In this document: one piece after another, positions 37,430 through 49,800 of the stretch
Layout of the letters: each line of letters opens with the position of its first letter
Position numbering within the stretch: position 1 is the first letter of the stretch
Source: Setoptus koraiensis
Taxonomy: Eukaryota; Animalia; Arthropoda
DNA: 64,000 bases
NCBI GenBank assembly: GCA_048013815.1
Contig: CM106585.1
Location: 4,154,001 to 4,218,000, forward strand
Direction: 5' to 3'
Position numbers and translations under genes: made by a program
Notes under the pieces: model-generated
Seen by the model: only the letters and a program-made list of their open reading frames with translations
Databases searched by the model: none
Told to the model about the DNA's origin: nothing

Positions 37430-40390
37430 GCTGTTGCTGTTGCTTGTTGCGTAATCGGTGTTGCCGTTAAGTGCCGGCGACTTTAGTTTCTGTACGTTCT
37501 GTCTGTTTTGCTGGTTGGCGGGCTGCTGCTGTTGGCCCGTCGGCTCGCCGCCCGACGACGGCGAGTCCGCCGCCGGCCCGGAGCCCGGCAAGCGCGAACC
37601 GTAGTTGTTGCCGGCACTCGCTGACGTGTCCGAGCCCGGCTCGCCCGTTGGCTGCCTGTTGCGGTCGCTGTCCACGTTGTCCGGAGCGCCGAACGGGTCG
37701 CCCGACGCGTACGGACTGGTCGGGTTTTGGGTGGTCGTTGTGCTCGTGGAGCCGGGCCCGGTGCTCAGTGGGCCATCGGCCGAGCCGAAACCGTCGATGT
37801 TGTGATGAGTGGGCGCAGTGCCCGACGCAACCGTCATACCAGTGAGCGCATTGAGGGCGCCATTGGCCACGGTCTCGTAAAATTCCTCTATTTCGGGCCG
37901 GCGAACATTGCCCGACGAGTGGGTGTTGCCTGCCGCATGGTTGCCCGATGATGCGGGCGCCAGTGTTGTGGTTGTGGCGCTCGACGAGGTTGTGGTTGTG
38001 ACGGGACCCGAAGGAGTTGTTTGCTGCTGCTGCGCCTGAACCAATTGGGCGGGCTTATTGTTGCTCGGCCGCACGGCGATCCGGCGCCGGCCACCCGATG
38101 CGGCAACCGCCGCATTGATGGGCAGCGAGGGCGACGAGGCGCTGATTGGCGGGCCGCCGCCGCCACTGCCGAACAGCTGCGTGAACTCGTTGGCGGGCGA
38201 CTGGCCGTTGAGACGGTTCGATGAGGCCAGGCGCTCGCGGGCGCTCATGGCGGTTGTAACGGGACTGAGCAAGTTGTTGTGCTGCGACGGGTGAATCGGG
38301 ACGCCGGGCGACGGCGTGAATCCGCCGCTCGAGCTGATGACCGTTGTGGCGGGCACCGCGGGCTGGCCGCGCGCCGACTGACCGCTTACCGCCGCGGTTG
38401 TTGTTGTGGGTGTGGTTGTCGATGTGAATGCGTTGAAGTCGGCGTTTTGTTGCGGCTTTGGTTGCTGCTGCAACCTGTTGGACTCGTTGCCCAACAGAAT
38501 GGCCGCTGTGGTGTCGTCCGCGGGCAGCGACAAGCCCTCGTTGGCCGCCAACCGGATAAAGTCCGTGCTGGCGCCCGACGCGCCGCTCAAATTGGGCGTG
38601 ACCGTGGTGGCCTGCTGCTGCGGGGCCCGGCCTCTGCCCGGACTGCCAACGTTTGACGGTTGCTGTGCGGACGAGCCCGGTATGACGTTGGGCCGCTGGC
38701 TGGGTCGGCGCTGCTTGCGGCGCTCCTGTCGGCCGGCGGGGGCGCCAGTGGTCGACGACGACGTAGCGGTCGTCGATGAAGTGGACAGTGGTGCCATCGA
38801 TGGCGAGGCGGTTGTTGTGGTTGTTGTTGCCAGTGTTGAGGCTCTGTTTTGGGCTTGATTGAGCGCCACAGAGCGGGCCGTTGTTGCGACGGGTGCTCCG
38901 CTGTTGCTCGGCTCAAAGAACAGCTCACGATTGTTTTGTCCGCTAGGGTTCGTGTTGAATATTGGCGAGAAGCCGCCCCTGTCGGCCAGCGACGGCAACG
39001 GCGGAGCCCGAGTCACGGGCAGCGAGGCGCCGTTGGGCCGGAAAATGGGCGGTGGCGACGGCCTGGCGGGCCTGGGCGATTCGCCGCTGTTGTTGGAGCG
39101 GACGGGCGGCTGTTGTTGTTGTGGCGACGTTGATGACGCCAACGGGTCGGCTCCCGCGGCCAGCGCGGCCGGCCTAAACACCTGCCTGATGAAGGGCAAT
39201 TCAGTGGCACCGCTGCCCGGCTGTTGCGCGGGCTGCTGCGGGCCGGACACGGGCGCCGAGAACTGGTTGCCGGGCTGCTGCCTGAGCAGTTGAGGTTGCG
39301 GAAATTGTGGTTGTAACTCATTGTTAGCTTGGTTGTTAGCGTTTGCGACAGGCGCGAATTGCTGCTGCTGTTGCATGCTGTTTATGGCACGTTGCGGATT
39401 TGGCTGCGGATTGCCGCCGTTGCCCGTTGAACCGCCGGGCTGGGGTATCCTCCTGAACTGTTGCTGCTGCTGCTGATTCTGGTTGGCGGCCAAGTTTTGC
39501 GGCCCGAAGGGACCCGGCGCGGGCGCCACACCCGCCAACGAGGTCAAATCGAAGGCGCTGAGCGTGGGTTGCAACTGGCCCGAGGGGCCACGCTGCTGCT
39601 GCTGTTGTGGCGGCTGCAATCCGCTGTTGGGCGCCTGACCCGACGACGGCTGCCTGATCCGCTGGAACCTGTTGTTGGCCTGGTCGTCGCCCTCGAACAG
39701 CGCCCCCTGGGCCGGCTTGTTTATAATCGGGGGCGGCGCCAGGGGCCTGAACTGGGGTATGGGTAGCAGTTGGTTGTCCTGGTTGCCGCTCGGGTTGGCA
39801 CCAAACGGAATAGTGTGCTCTATTGTGTTCGATTGGGCAGAGTTGAGCAGGTTGTTGTTCGCGGGCGCCCTCTGCCTGGACTGTTGCTGCTGCTGTTGTT
39901 GCTGTTGTTGTTGTTGCTGCTGATGCTGCTGTTGTTGTTGTTGCTGCTGCTGCTGGTGCTGTTGTTGTTGCTGTTGTTGTTGCTGCTGGTGCTGCTGTTG
40001 TTGTTGTTGTTGCTGCTGCAAGTGCTGCTGCTGCTGTTGTTGTTGTTGTGAGCGTTGTGGTTGGGCGGCCCGTTGCGGCTGCCCGTTTCTCTGAGCAAAA
40101 TTGTTGTTGTTACCTGGAGGTGTCATGACGAAATTGTTGTTGTTGTTGTTGTTGTTTGCAACAACAACTGGCTGGTTGTTTGTGCGGCGCTGAATTGGTT
40201 GCGTGGCGAAATTGAGCTCCGAACCCGAATTGAGAATATTGTTGAAATCGCCGCCGCTGACGGCAACCGCTTGAGGTAGGCGCGATCCAAAGAAGTCAGC
40301 CCTGTTGCCTGCTGAGCCAATTGACACATGAAGATAAACAAATAACAATAAAATAATGACATAACGAGGTCCGACAAATCGTGACATCAT
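36454..40390 (-). CDS. pwn: pawn-like gene, large 5' coding exon: signal peptide, Q/N/P/G-rich low-complexity region, Thr-rich repeats
   Basis: First ATG at 40390 (the track's 40405 start is a TTG). MMSRFVGPRYVIILLLFVYLHVSIGSA-G resembles a signal peptide. Contains VPVTYATIYTYLTTVLHGTHTLETSHES and KTYMTEYVYMYTM, the same repeat type as the 9628-14979 exon. Ends at the phase-1 donor CTA G|gtaagt. Confidence 0.82.
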
Positions 40391-41478
40391 ACGAGAGGGA
40401 GACAATACAAGGTTTTGGTTAGTTTAGTTGTGAGCACAAAAATACAAATAAAATGACAGTGACATTGGGTATCGTCTGGCAGCAAAAGTCTCGTCTCGTG
40501 CAACAATTTTCTGGCAAACATTTTCTGCACAACATGACGCAATAGTCTGAAAAAGCAAAACTCTGAAACAGCAAAACTCTGAAAAAACAAAACTCCGAAA
40601 AAACAAAACTCGCCAACGCTCAAATCAAACAAAATTATGCCTGCTGAGCTCGATTGGGGCGCCCACTTTGCATTCTATTCACATTTTCATATTTTCACGT
40701 TTTCGTATATTTGTATTTTTGCATCATGTTCGCAGTGGCTGAAAACGGCTGAAAATATACATATAGTTTTATAGTATTTATATCGTGTATGGCAAATTTG
40801 TGTAGAGATACCGACAAGTACAGTTGCGAGCAGTTGCCGGTCAATTGAGTGTCTCGGTGCGCGCTGTGACTCGGTCAAGTTGGCCTGATCACATTATGTA
40901 ATGCGCCTGTTCGACAGGTAATGATTACAATGGCCAGCGTTGTTTGCGTAATTGTTCTGATGCGTTGCGCAAGCGGCCATCAGCATGAGCTGACCGTGAT
41001 CCTCAAATAGGTAAATTTAGGCTGGACGACATACGACGGCGAGATGATGAGACGACACACAAGTGGCCAGAACTAACTAACAACGCATTGATTGTTGCGC
41101 AACCGCTGTTGTTGTTGCTGCTGTTGTCGTTGTTGTTGCTGTTGTTGCCGTTGTTGTTGCTGTTGTTGTTGGCGTTGTTGCTGTCATGCCGGCGAGACCG
41201 CATCGACAACAGCGACAACAACGGCAACCTCAACAGGTGATCACGGCGGTTGCGTGTGCCCAATTGGACAGAGTGAGCAATTGGACGCACACAAATAAAG
41301 TGCGTGCCTCATCAGCTACGTTGTCATGGCAACAGCGGGCTGACATTGAGCGGTCAAGTGAGTCGACTTTATCATTATCATTGTCTGGTCACTCTGATTA
41401 TAATTCGAGGCAAGCGTATGACGCAAGCGACAAGCAATTGAAACGACTCAACGCAATTGTCGGACTCTGGCGTCTAGA

Positions 41479-41482
<4 letters not shown>

Positions 41483-41574
<92 letters not shown>
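41483..41574. repeat. (AC)46 perfect microsatellite
   Basis: Seen directly (92 nt). Confidence 0.98.
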
Positions 41575-41575
<1 letters not shown>

Positions 41576-43457
41576 GAGACGCAAATAGATAGATAGATAA
41601 AGATGTGCAAGATTCTATGTCATTGTCATCATGTGACTATCACTATTGACAAGTATGACAGCTCGTATGATGGTCAGCTGTTGGCGGTCAGCGGACATGT
41701 GAGCGCTCGCTCATGTCAGCGCGATGTGAGAATGTGAACAACACCAACAACAGCAGCAACAACAACAGCAACAACAACAGTGGGTTGCTGCGGCCAGTAG
41801 CCGGTGCGCAGTGGCGATGAACATGAATAAACTCAACAACATTAAACCGTTATATAACTCATCAGCATCATCCTCGTATTATGACAGTGTCGTGTTGCCA
41901 CAGTTGTTACGTAATAGCCGTTGTAAACGCTGTGCTCGCTCGCTCCAAATGAAGCGCAAATGGAGCTTTGAGCGAGTCCACTCAAGCTCCACTAACACTG
42001 TGTTACATAATACATGCTACTTGTGCGCTCGCTGGCCACAGGTGAGCCTGGCATGTTGCGCAATACGACGAGCTGCTATTGTGTGTGTGTGTGTGCATGT
42101 TATTTATGCGATAAACAGAATGATTAGTAAATTAGATGTTAGTTGCTGTTGTTGTTGTTGCTGTTATTTGTGTTAGCGCGCGTGACAGCGATAATAGAGT
42201 CAAAGTGAAACAGTTACAGCAACTACAAAAGAGACATGTCATTTGCTGTTGTTGTTGCTGTTGTTGTTGCCATAGTTGTTGTTGTTGCTGTCATATTTAG
42301 CGCGTCAATGATGCAACGCATGTCACATCAAACGGCCAGCAACGGAATGTTTTTGCAGCCAATTGCAACAAAGCAACAACAGGTGGCACTTAAGTGACCA
42401 TCTCATACATAAATGTCAATGGTGATGCGATGATGAGATTGATCCAATTCCATTCAATGTTGTGATGCCCATTGACATGTTGTTATTTTGACACACACAC
42501 ACACACCGACTGTTGGCTTGATAGCGGCAGCTGATGCTGAAGCTGTCAGACGAATTGGTCTCAAAGTGAATTCTCTTTTCAAGTTCATCATTGTTGTTGG
42601 CGCAACAAGTCGCTTGCTGTCTCGCCAGCAGCAACAAAGGACGCAACAATACATATCTTGTGATAAGAGATGATCTAATAACTGGCCAACGATGATCAAG
42701 TGCAAGCCAGTGCAACGATTGCGTGCACTCTCTGCAGATTGATTCTGTTTGTAAGTACAAACAGGTAGAGATTGCGATTTGCATGGCCCCATTTGTATGC
42801 TATGGCTATTTATGGCCATACGAATGGCATCGCTCGGCTTTGTTGGCTGCAGCGAAAATCCGGCCGATCGCTCAATTATGACATAGCGGTGATATCAGCG
42901 CCCATGGTGGTAATAATGATAATAACAGATAATGATATCAATCGGTGTGCTTCTCATTTGGTGCGCCATATAATTTGGTGCGCTACTGTGCCGCTTGGCG
43001 CGCATAATCAACTTGGCGCATAATCAACCTGGCGCATAATCAACCTGGCGCATAATCAATTTGGCGCCCAATCAAAACTGTACCGGCGACACAATTTCTG
43101 ACTGGCCCACATTGTCGGATGACTGACACAATGGTTGCGTTACGCAATACGTCACACATCTAACATTAGATATATTATGTTGTCTGGCCATCGTGATCAG
43201 TATGGGACTGTCTTGGAGCATTACGTAACACAGCGATAGTGATTGAGTGACTGTGTCGACAGAGGCACATTGCCCAATACCGCATATTGCGCAACAACGC
43301 ACATTGTGTGCCATATGCGGCACCATATGGCACCATACGGCACCATACGGCACCAATTTGCGCCGTGTCTGTCCGATTGTGTTGTGCGCCACTTGTCATC
43401 GCCGGCTAGTGGTGACACCGACTCGCCTGGTGTCACTTGGCGCCGCTGTGGGCGCTG

Positions 43458-43554
43458 TCAGCTGGTAGCAGCTATCAGCTGGTAGCAGCTATCAGCTGAC
43501 GGCGGCTATCAGCTGACGGCGGCTATCAGCGGACAGCGGCAATCAGCTGATAGC
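43458..43554. promoter_or_regulatory. 17-bp tandem array, 6 units, five containing the CAGCTG E-box (mostly ATCAGCTG, AP-4/cropped-type)
   Basis: CAGCTG at 43459, 43476, 43493, 43510 and 43544; variant CAGCGG at 43527. Regulatory function is inferred. Confidence 0.5.
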
Positions 43555-44471
43555 CGCTGCCAGATAGCGCAGCCGTGGCACGGTGGCGCCATGACCGACA
43601 AACGGATGGACAGGATCCCACTGCAATCATATTCACAAATCACAACATTGGTGCCGAATCAGCTGATTGCAGCATTGAGAATTGGGCCAGCGAGTGACAC
43701 TTGGACAGTGTGGCAGTGGCAATGTTGCAATGACAGCGCCATGACAGCCAACTGACAGCTCCGTGACAGGTACGGCACAGGAAAAATGTGTGCCACAAAC
43801 AAATTGGTTGTGGCTGCCGCGCAAACCAGCAAGGCAGCAAGTGAGCGCGAAAGAAAGTTTAATTTTTGGTTGTCGCCCGCGTCTCTGTCTGACATCTCCA
43901 GCGCCCATGTGACATATGCGCACAACGTTATGGCGGCGACATGACAAACGTAATGACAGTCGTTGTCGCCAACTGTCCGGCCCACCGGACAGTTGGCCGA
44001 CAAAACAGAACAGAAAAACAAGAGTAACGACTCATATCATATGGCTCATATGATGTCATCATGCGACCGACCGGCCCGAGCGGCCAGTTTTTGCGCGCTC
44101 GGGCTTTTCACTTTACTCGCCGTAAAGTTGGTTGTCAGTAAAGTTTACTGTCGGTCTCACACATCCTGTCGGCCCGGTATCGCAGCAGATATCGACAGCT
44201 CGGATGGCTGGCCGGCGCGGCGCAACTTTAGCGGCGGCTCTAGTGGCAGAAGTAGTTTGCGTGCATCGTTGTTCCGATGGCCGCCGGCCGCTCGTTCTTC
44301 TGTTTTCTGTCGTTCGGACCAAAAATGGCACCCGAGCCGAGAGGAATTTGTCGCCGAGCGGCGGCCCGGCGTACCCCGAGGGCACCGCCGAGCAGCGCCG
44401 GCCTGGCCAGACTCGGCGGGCAAGTTGAGCCCAATCTCACTCTGACACTCGGCGCTCGCAATTGGCAAGGC

Positions 44472-44503
44472 GCTCACCTGTTGCCGGCCGGCAACAGGTG
44501 AGC
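44472..44503. repeat. 32-bp perfect palindrome carrying two head-to-head CAACAGGTG motifs
   Basis: GCTCACCTGTTGCCGG|CCGGCAACAGGTGAGC is its own reverse complement. Confidence 0.97.
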
Positions 44504-46797
44504 CTGCGTACGCAGCATGCGCTGACACGTTTGGCGAGTCTCGGGTTGGCAGTTGAGTTTTGTCCCGTTGAGTGGCCAACAATCAACAGGTTTGTTGCTG
44601 TTTTGCTGCTCCGTTGCGCTGGCTCCCTCTCAACATTTCTGTTGTATAACACATCTGTTATATAATATAATCAGCGGCGCTGAGTTTGTTATTATTATTT
44701 ATTGTAACACACACTCACACTGTGACTGTTATGGGCACCGTTGCTGACGTGCAAATAATTAGGTCACTCGCAACAGGTTAATCATACAAACTGCAGCAAA
44801 TTGCGCAACAGCCAACTTGTAATTGTAAACAGTCGCTGTCGAGGGCAACAGCACGCGCTGGCCTAGGTGCCGGCCGGCCGACTGACCACCACCGTGGAGT
44901 TGCTATTATTTGCTAATCATCATGCTGCTGTCTGTTGCGTCACTCGGTCGGCTAGTTTTGGCTGCCGCCGCCAGTCTCTTTTGCCAGTCTCGCTCGCCTG
45001 GTTATCGGCTTATAGCGGCTCGCAGCAACGCCAAACGTGGCTGAGCTGCTGCAACTACCTGCACTCATGCCACCATTTAATAATGCTGTTGCGTAACACT
45101 CTCGCCGGCCGCCAGGGCGACAGCCGGCCCACCGCTGGGCACCGCGACTCACGCTGCAAGCTGCCAACGGCCAAAGCAAACTGGCCGGCGCAAACCTGCG
45201 AAATGCAATTTTCGACATGCAAACTGCCGACAAACAAATTATGGCGCGGCTGTCGCAGGGCCTCGGGCAACGCGACGGGCCCGTCATAACATGCATTAAA
45301 TATTGCGCATGACACAGTATAAACACAGATAAATTATACGTAATAGCGGCAAGCTCGGCCGATGCAAGCCGAGATAACGGCCGCGCGCCAATTAACAGTG
45401 ATAGTTGCGAAATTATCTGATTTATTCTCCGTTGCCATCAATTGATCATCGGGCGTCTCGGCGCATCCCGGCGCATCGCATAGAGTCTCGCGGCGATGGA
45501 GCCATATGGATGGCCGCGGTGGCGTCGGCACCGACGGCGCCAAATTCGGACCAACAGGCGGGCGAGTTTTGGGGTCGCTGGTGTGTTTGCGCAGACGCTA
45601 TTTGGGTTGCGATTTGGCCGGCAGCGTCGAGACGACGGCGCACGACACAAACACGAAACCGTTTCGTCGACGAACGAATCACCAGCGAGCGGCAATTTGA
45701 AATTGCCAATTCTTGAAGAATTATTCTTCACCCATGAACACGGGATATTTTTTGGCCGCTGCCAGAGCGGCCGACGAGAACGCAACAAATTGAATAATCC
45801 TGATTTTATTTGCCCATTGTTGGCTCCGCTCGGCCGCATGTCGCCACTCGCTGCCGAGGAGGCCGCTCGCTGGCAAGCTCGTTTGTGCGATATCCGCTGG
45901 CCGGCGCGTTTTGTTGTCTTGTTGTCTCGCTGTTTTGTTGCATCACATTATAATAAATCGGCCAAATGTCGGCCGGTCGGCGGGCCGGCGCCGAATAAGC
46001 GCGCCAACAGCGCCGCAACAGCAACGCCAATAACGCCGACAACAACAACGCCGACAACAACGCCGACAACGCCGACAACAGCAACGCCAATAACGCCGGC
46101 AATAATGAGCCAATAATAGCGGCCGAGTGTTTGATTAGAAGTTGCAACTCGGAGGCGACTTGACGAGGACGAACCATCGATCACCTGCCGAACTAATCAA
46201 AACGAGAGAGTGTGTCGAGATAGCGCCAACAGCAACATTGATAGATGGAAAAATGCGGAGAGCCGGCAATTGGGTCAGCATCACTTTTTGTTGTTGCTGT
46301 TGTTGTTGCTGTTGCTGTTGTGCAGTGTTTGTTGCAGATTATAATTATCATTTAGTCGCTGGCGAGCTGGCTCGCTTATTTTAGCCGTCTTGTCGGCCAT
46401 TTCAGCTCGCCAGCAGCCTAATCGATTATCTCTGACGGGGCAGCGCCGGCTCGAGCGCCAGTCAGCGGCGCCTGAGCTTGCGTAGTGGCTAAAAATACAA
46501 CAGGTGAGCGCCGCCGAAGAAGCGACCGGCCGCTAATGACGATGCTCGGCGGCCGCTGCAGCAACAACTGCGAGCACAACGGCGAGCACAACAGCAACAG
46601 CGGCAACAACAACGGCAACAGCAACTGCGGCAACGGCAACAGGTAGCAGCATGTGAGGAGAGGAGTTAAATAATGAGATTATGATAATCACCGTCATCAT
46701 TATGGCGGCCGGGCCGCGCATCGCGGCCCGTCGCGGCCGATCGTCCCGCGGCCGACCGTCGGACTGATTGAATGCCACTGCCCGCTGTTGTTGCCGC

Positions 46798-46843
<46 letters not shown>

Positions 46844-49800
46844 GCTGCTGCTGTTGCCGCCGTTGCCGCCGTGCCGCCGTGGCTGTTGCTGTTGTCAGCC
46901 GCGCAGTTGGTTATGTCATAATTAAGCAACATGGAGACATGCGATGGCAGAAATTAGCATTGCGCCGGCCATTTGTCCGAGCGGCCGGCGAGCGGCGCTC
47001 GCCCGCTTGCCGCGCCAACTCCAGCCGTCGGAGTCCGATGGCCGCAGTCCGATGGCCATTGTTGCGATTGCGCACTATTGGCGATAGGCGAACAACAGCC
47101 ACCACGACTAGTGTCAGATAACGGATAAATTATGCAATAGTTGGCATAATCAAATTATTGCACACTAACAATTTGATAGATAGACTGGTCAGCTTAACAG
47201 GTGAGCGCGGCCGGCTAAAAATAGCCAATGCCAATTTGTTGTGTTTTATACGCACAATTTGCCAGTGGCTGGCAAACTGTGTCTTGGCGAGCCGCAACAA
47301 TGCGCCGGAATGCGCGGCCAACAAGCCGCCAACCAGCCGCCAACAAGCCGCGATGAGCTTAAACAAACTCAATCGGCGCCACCAGCATTGAGACATTTTA
47401 AAACAAAAACTTTTCTCTCTCGCTCTTTTAGCGCTCTCTTATGTTCACATTATCCGCTCAGGCCGACAGGTGAGCGGCCGGCACTTGTGCACAAATCATC
47501 TTGATTGTGTCTGTCGGTCATTGTTGGCTGGATATTTCATATCGAGGGCGATTGTTGCGATATAACTTGCGTTATCATACAAGCGAATCAATTGGCCATT
47601 TATATCGCCATGAGCCAATGTTGCCAATTCAACGGGTTGATACGGGCCGGCCCGTTGAAAAGATGCGGCGCGGTGCGCGCCATTACGGTCAAGTGTTGCC
47701 GGCCGACGTCAAGTGCATGACAAGTATGACGTAAGTGTCGGGCCTGGCAAGTATTTGCCGCAAAAGCAAACACTGTTGCCAAACTATATATACATAAGCT
47801 GCATGTAACACCTGTAACACACACACGACACCTGACGGCACTTATGGCGCTGGCCGGCATCGATTACATCATTACATCGATCGGCTGGCTGTTGGGGGGA
47901 TGCTGTTTGTTAGTCAGTTTGTTGCTGTAACTGGCCGCTGGCCAACACCGCGCCGGCTCAACAGGTGATCGGACACACAAACTGAACAAACTGAACAAAC
48001 TGAACAACGGACTGAACAAAGCGCGCGCACAGGTGAACACAGGTGAGTGCGATGGAGTGCACTTTTAATTAGGCTCCAGCTATCAGCTGATTAGTGGGTC
48101 AGCTGATGGCGGACGGAAGCTCATGAGCATAGCGGCCCGTTGTTTGTGTGTGTGTGTGTGTATGATATCATCGATTGCTGTCTGGGTGTTGTTTGTTTAG
48201 TGTCAGTCACACACTGACCCGGCGTGTGTGTGTGTGTCTCAAATTGAGACTCTCAATGAGTGTCTTAATGAGTGTGTCTCGACGAGTGTGTGTGTCAAAC
48301 TCGTTATGGCCACTCTACGGCCACTCATTTGCACACTGTTACGTAACTAACGTAGACACACGCACTCACAGTGTGTGCGCAAAACAGAAGCATTAAATCA
48401 TCGACGAATGAGCGCATAATGAGCTGTCAGTTGTGTGCTAACATCAATCAGCTGATGGATTGATAAGCAAAACTCAGCGCAATCAGCTGACTGCTGTGAC
48501 GCGCGATGGCACTCTCAACGACAACAGGTCGTTGTTGGCCATTGTTGGCCGACCACTTGTTGCTGTTTGGGTGGTTGTTGGCGTCGGTTGTTGGCGTCGG
48601 TTGTTGCCGTCGGTTGTTGCTGTTGTCGTTCGGGTTGTTGTTGTTGCCGCCGGCGCGCGTCAACACGGTCGCAATGTGTCGCCGGTGGCCGCTGGCTCGC
48701 CCAAGCGGCCGATCTTGGCCGAGTCTTGGCACAGTCTTGGCAAAGAATTCTCGCGCCAAGAATTGACACACTTGTTGCCACTTGGGCTCTCGGCCGGCCG
48801 CTCGGCTGGCGGCGCGAGAAGGCGGCGGCCACTCGACGTTGAAACGGGTCGCTTGGCCATATTTGTGCGCTGTTTGTCAATCATCGAGTCAATTGGGTAT
48901 TGCATTTCTCGGCCCTCTTGAGCTCGCTGTGCGCTGTTTGCTTATCTGTTTGTTTGCACTTGCTGTCCGAGTCGCTTGTCCGTGTTTAGCTGGCCAAGTC
49001 GTGATTTGCACTTGTTGCTGGCCGTTGCTGCTGTTGCTGTTGTTGTTGTTGCTGCTGCTGTTGTCGCCGAGCCGGCCCGCAACGAGCGCAACAGAGATTG
49101 ATTAGAGCGAGCGAGAATCCATTCATAATTTGGCATGGCGCCGCCGAACGGGTCGTCGTCATGTAACGGCAACTGTAGCGGTAAATTGTGGCACGGAGCG
49201 AGCCGATTTTTAATTTACTTTTTGTCTAATCTCGTTGGCGCGCGTTCTCGCGCGCCCGCCAGCCTCCGATCGTCTGGCGGGCCAGCCAGACGATCGGACA
49301 ACCGGCCCAACGAGACCGACTGGCCGCCGTGTGCCCGCGCGCTGGTCAGTCGGCTCGGTCGGCTCGGTCGGGTCACTGCGATCCGTTCTAACTTAATCAC
49401 TATTATCGTTATTATTATCATATTTTGTCTCCCCATTGAATTCACTGATTTATTGTTTCCAGTCCGTGGGATTACCTGACAGCGCTGCGAGCCGTGCCGC
49501 CGAACAAGCCGCGCCGTCCGTTGCTCTGGCCGCTCAATCACAGCCCGGCTGGCCACCGACAACGGCGGCCTGGGCACAAAATGCCCCGTTGCCATACAAC
49601 GATATTACTGCGTCGCCGTTGGGTACCGCCGCGATGTTACGACACTGCGCATCCGAACGGGCCTACGCCGTTTCCGCGCGCACTTGCCAGCGTCTTGCCG
49701 GCCTCTGGCCAGCGCCTCGCCAGCGCCTCGCCAGCGCCTTGCCAGGTGAGCAGATATCGGCAGATCGAGCGGGATTAAATAATTTGTGGCATCGCGCGCG

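Noticed and set aside
40391-40405. ORF-track start of the 1333-aa ORF at 40405 (and 19801 for the cassette ORF)
   Set aside because: These are TTG codons, not expected starts in a eukaryote. The first ATG is at 40390, and the 19.4-19.7 kb segment is better explained as an internal exon.
46533-46652. MLLPVAVAAVAVAVVVAAV... as the missing upstream signal-peptide exon
   Set aside because: The hydrophobicity comes from a GTT/GCC microsatellite, and the frame ends in a stop with no phase-1 donor.
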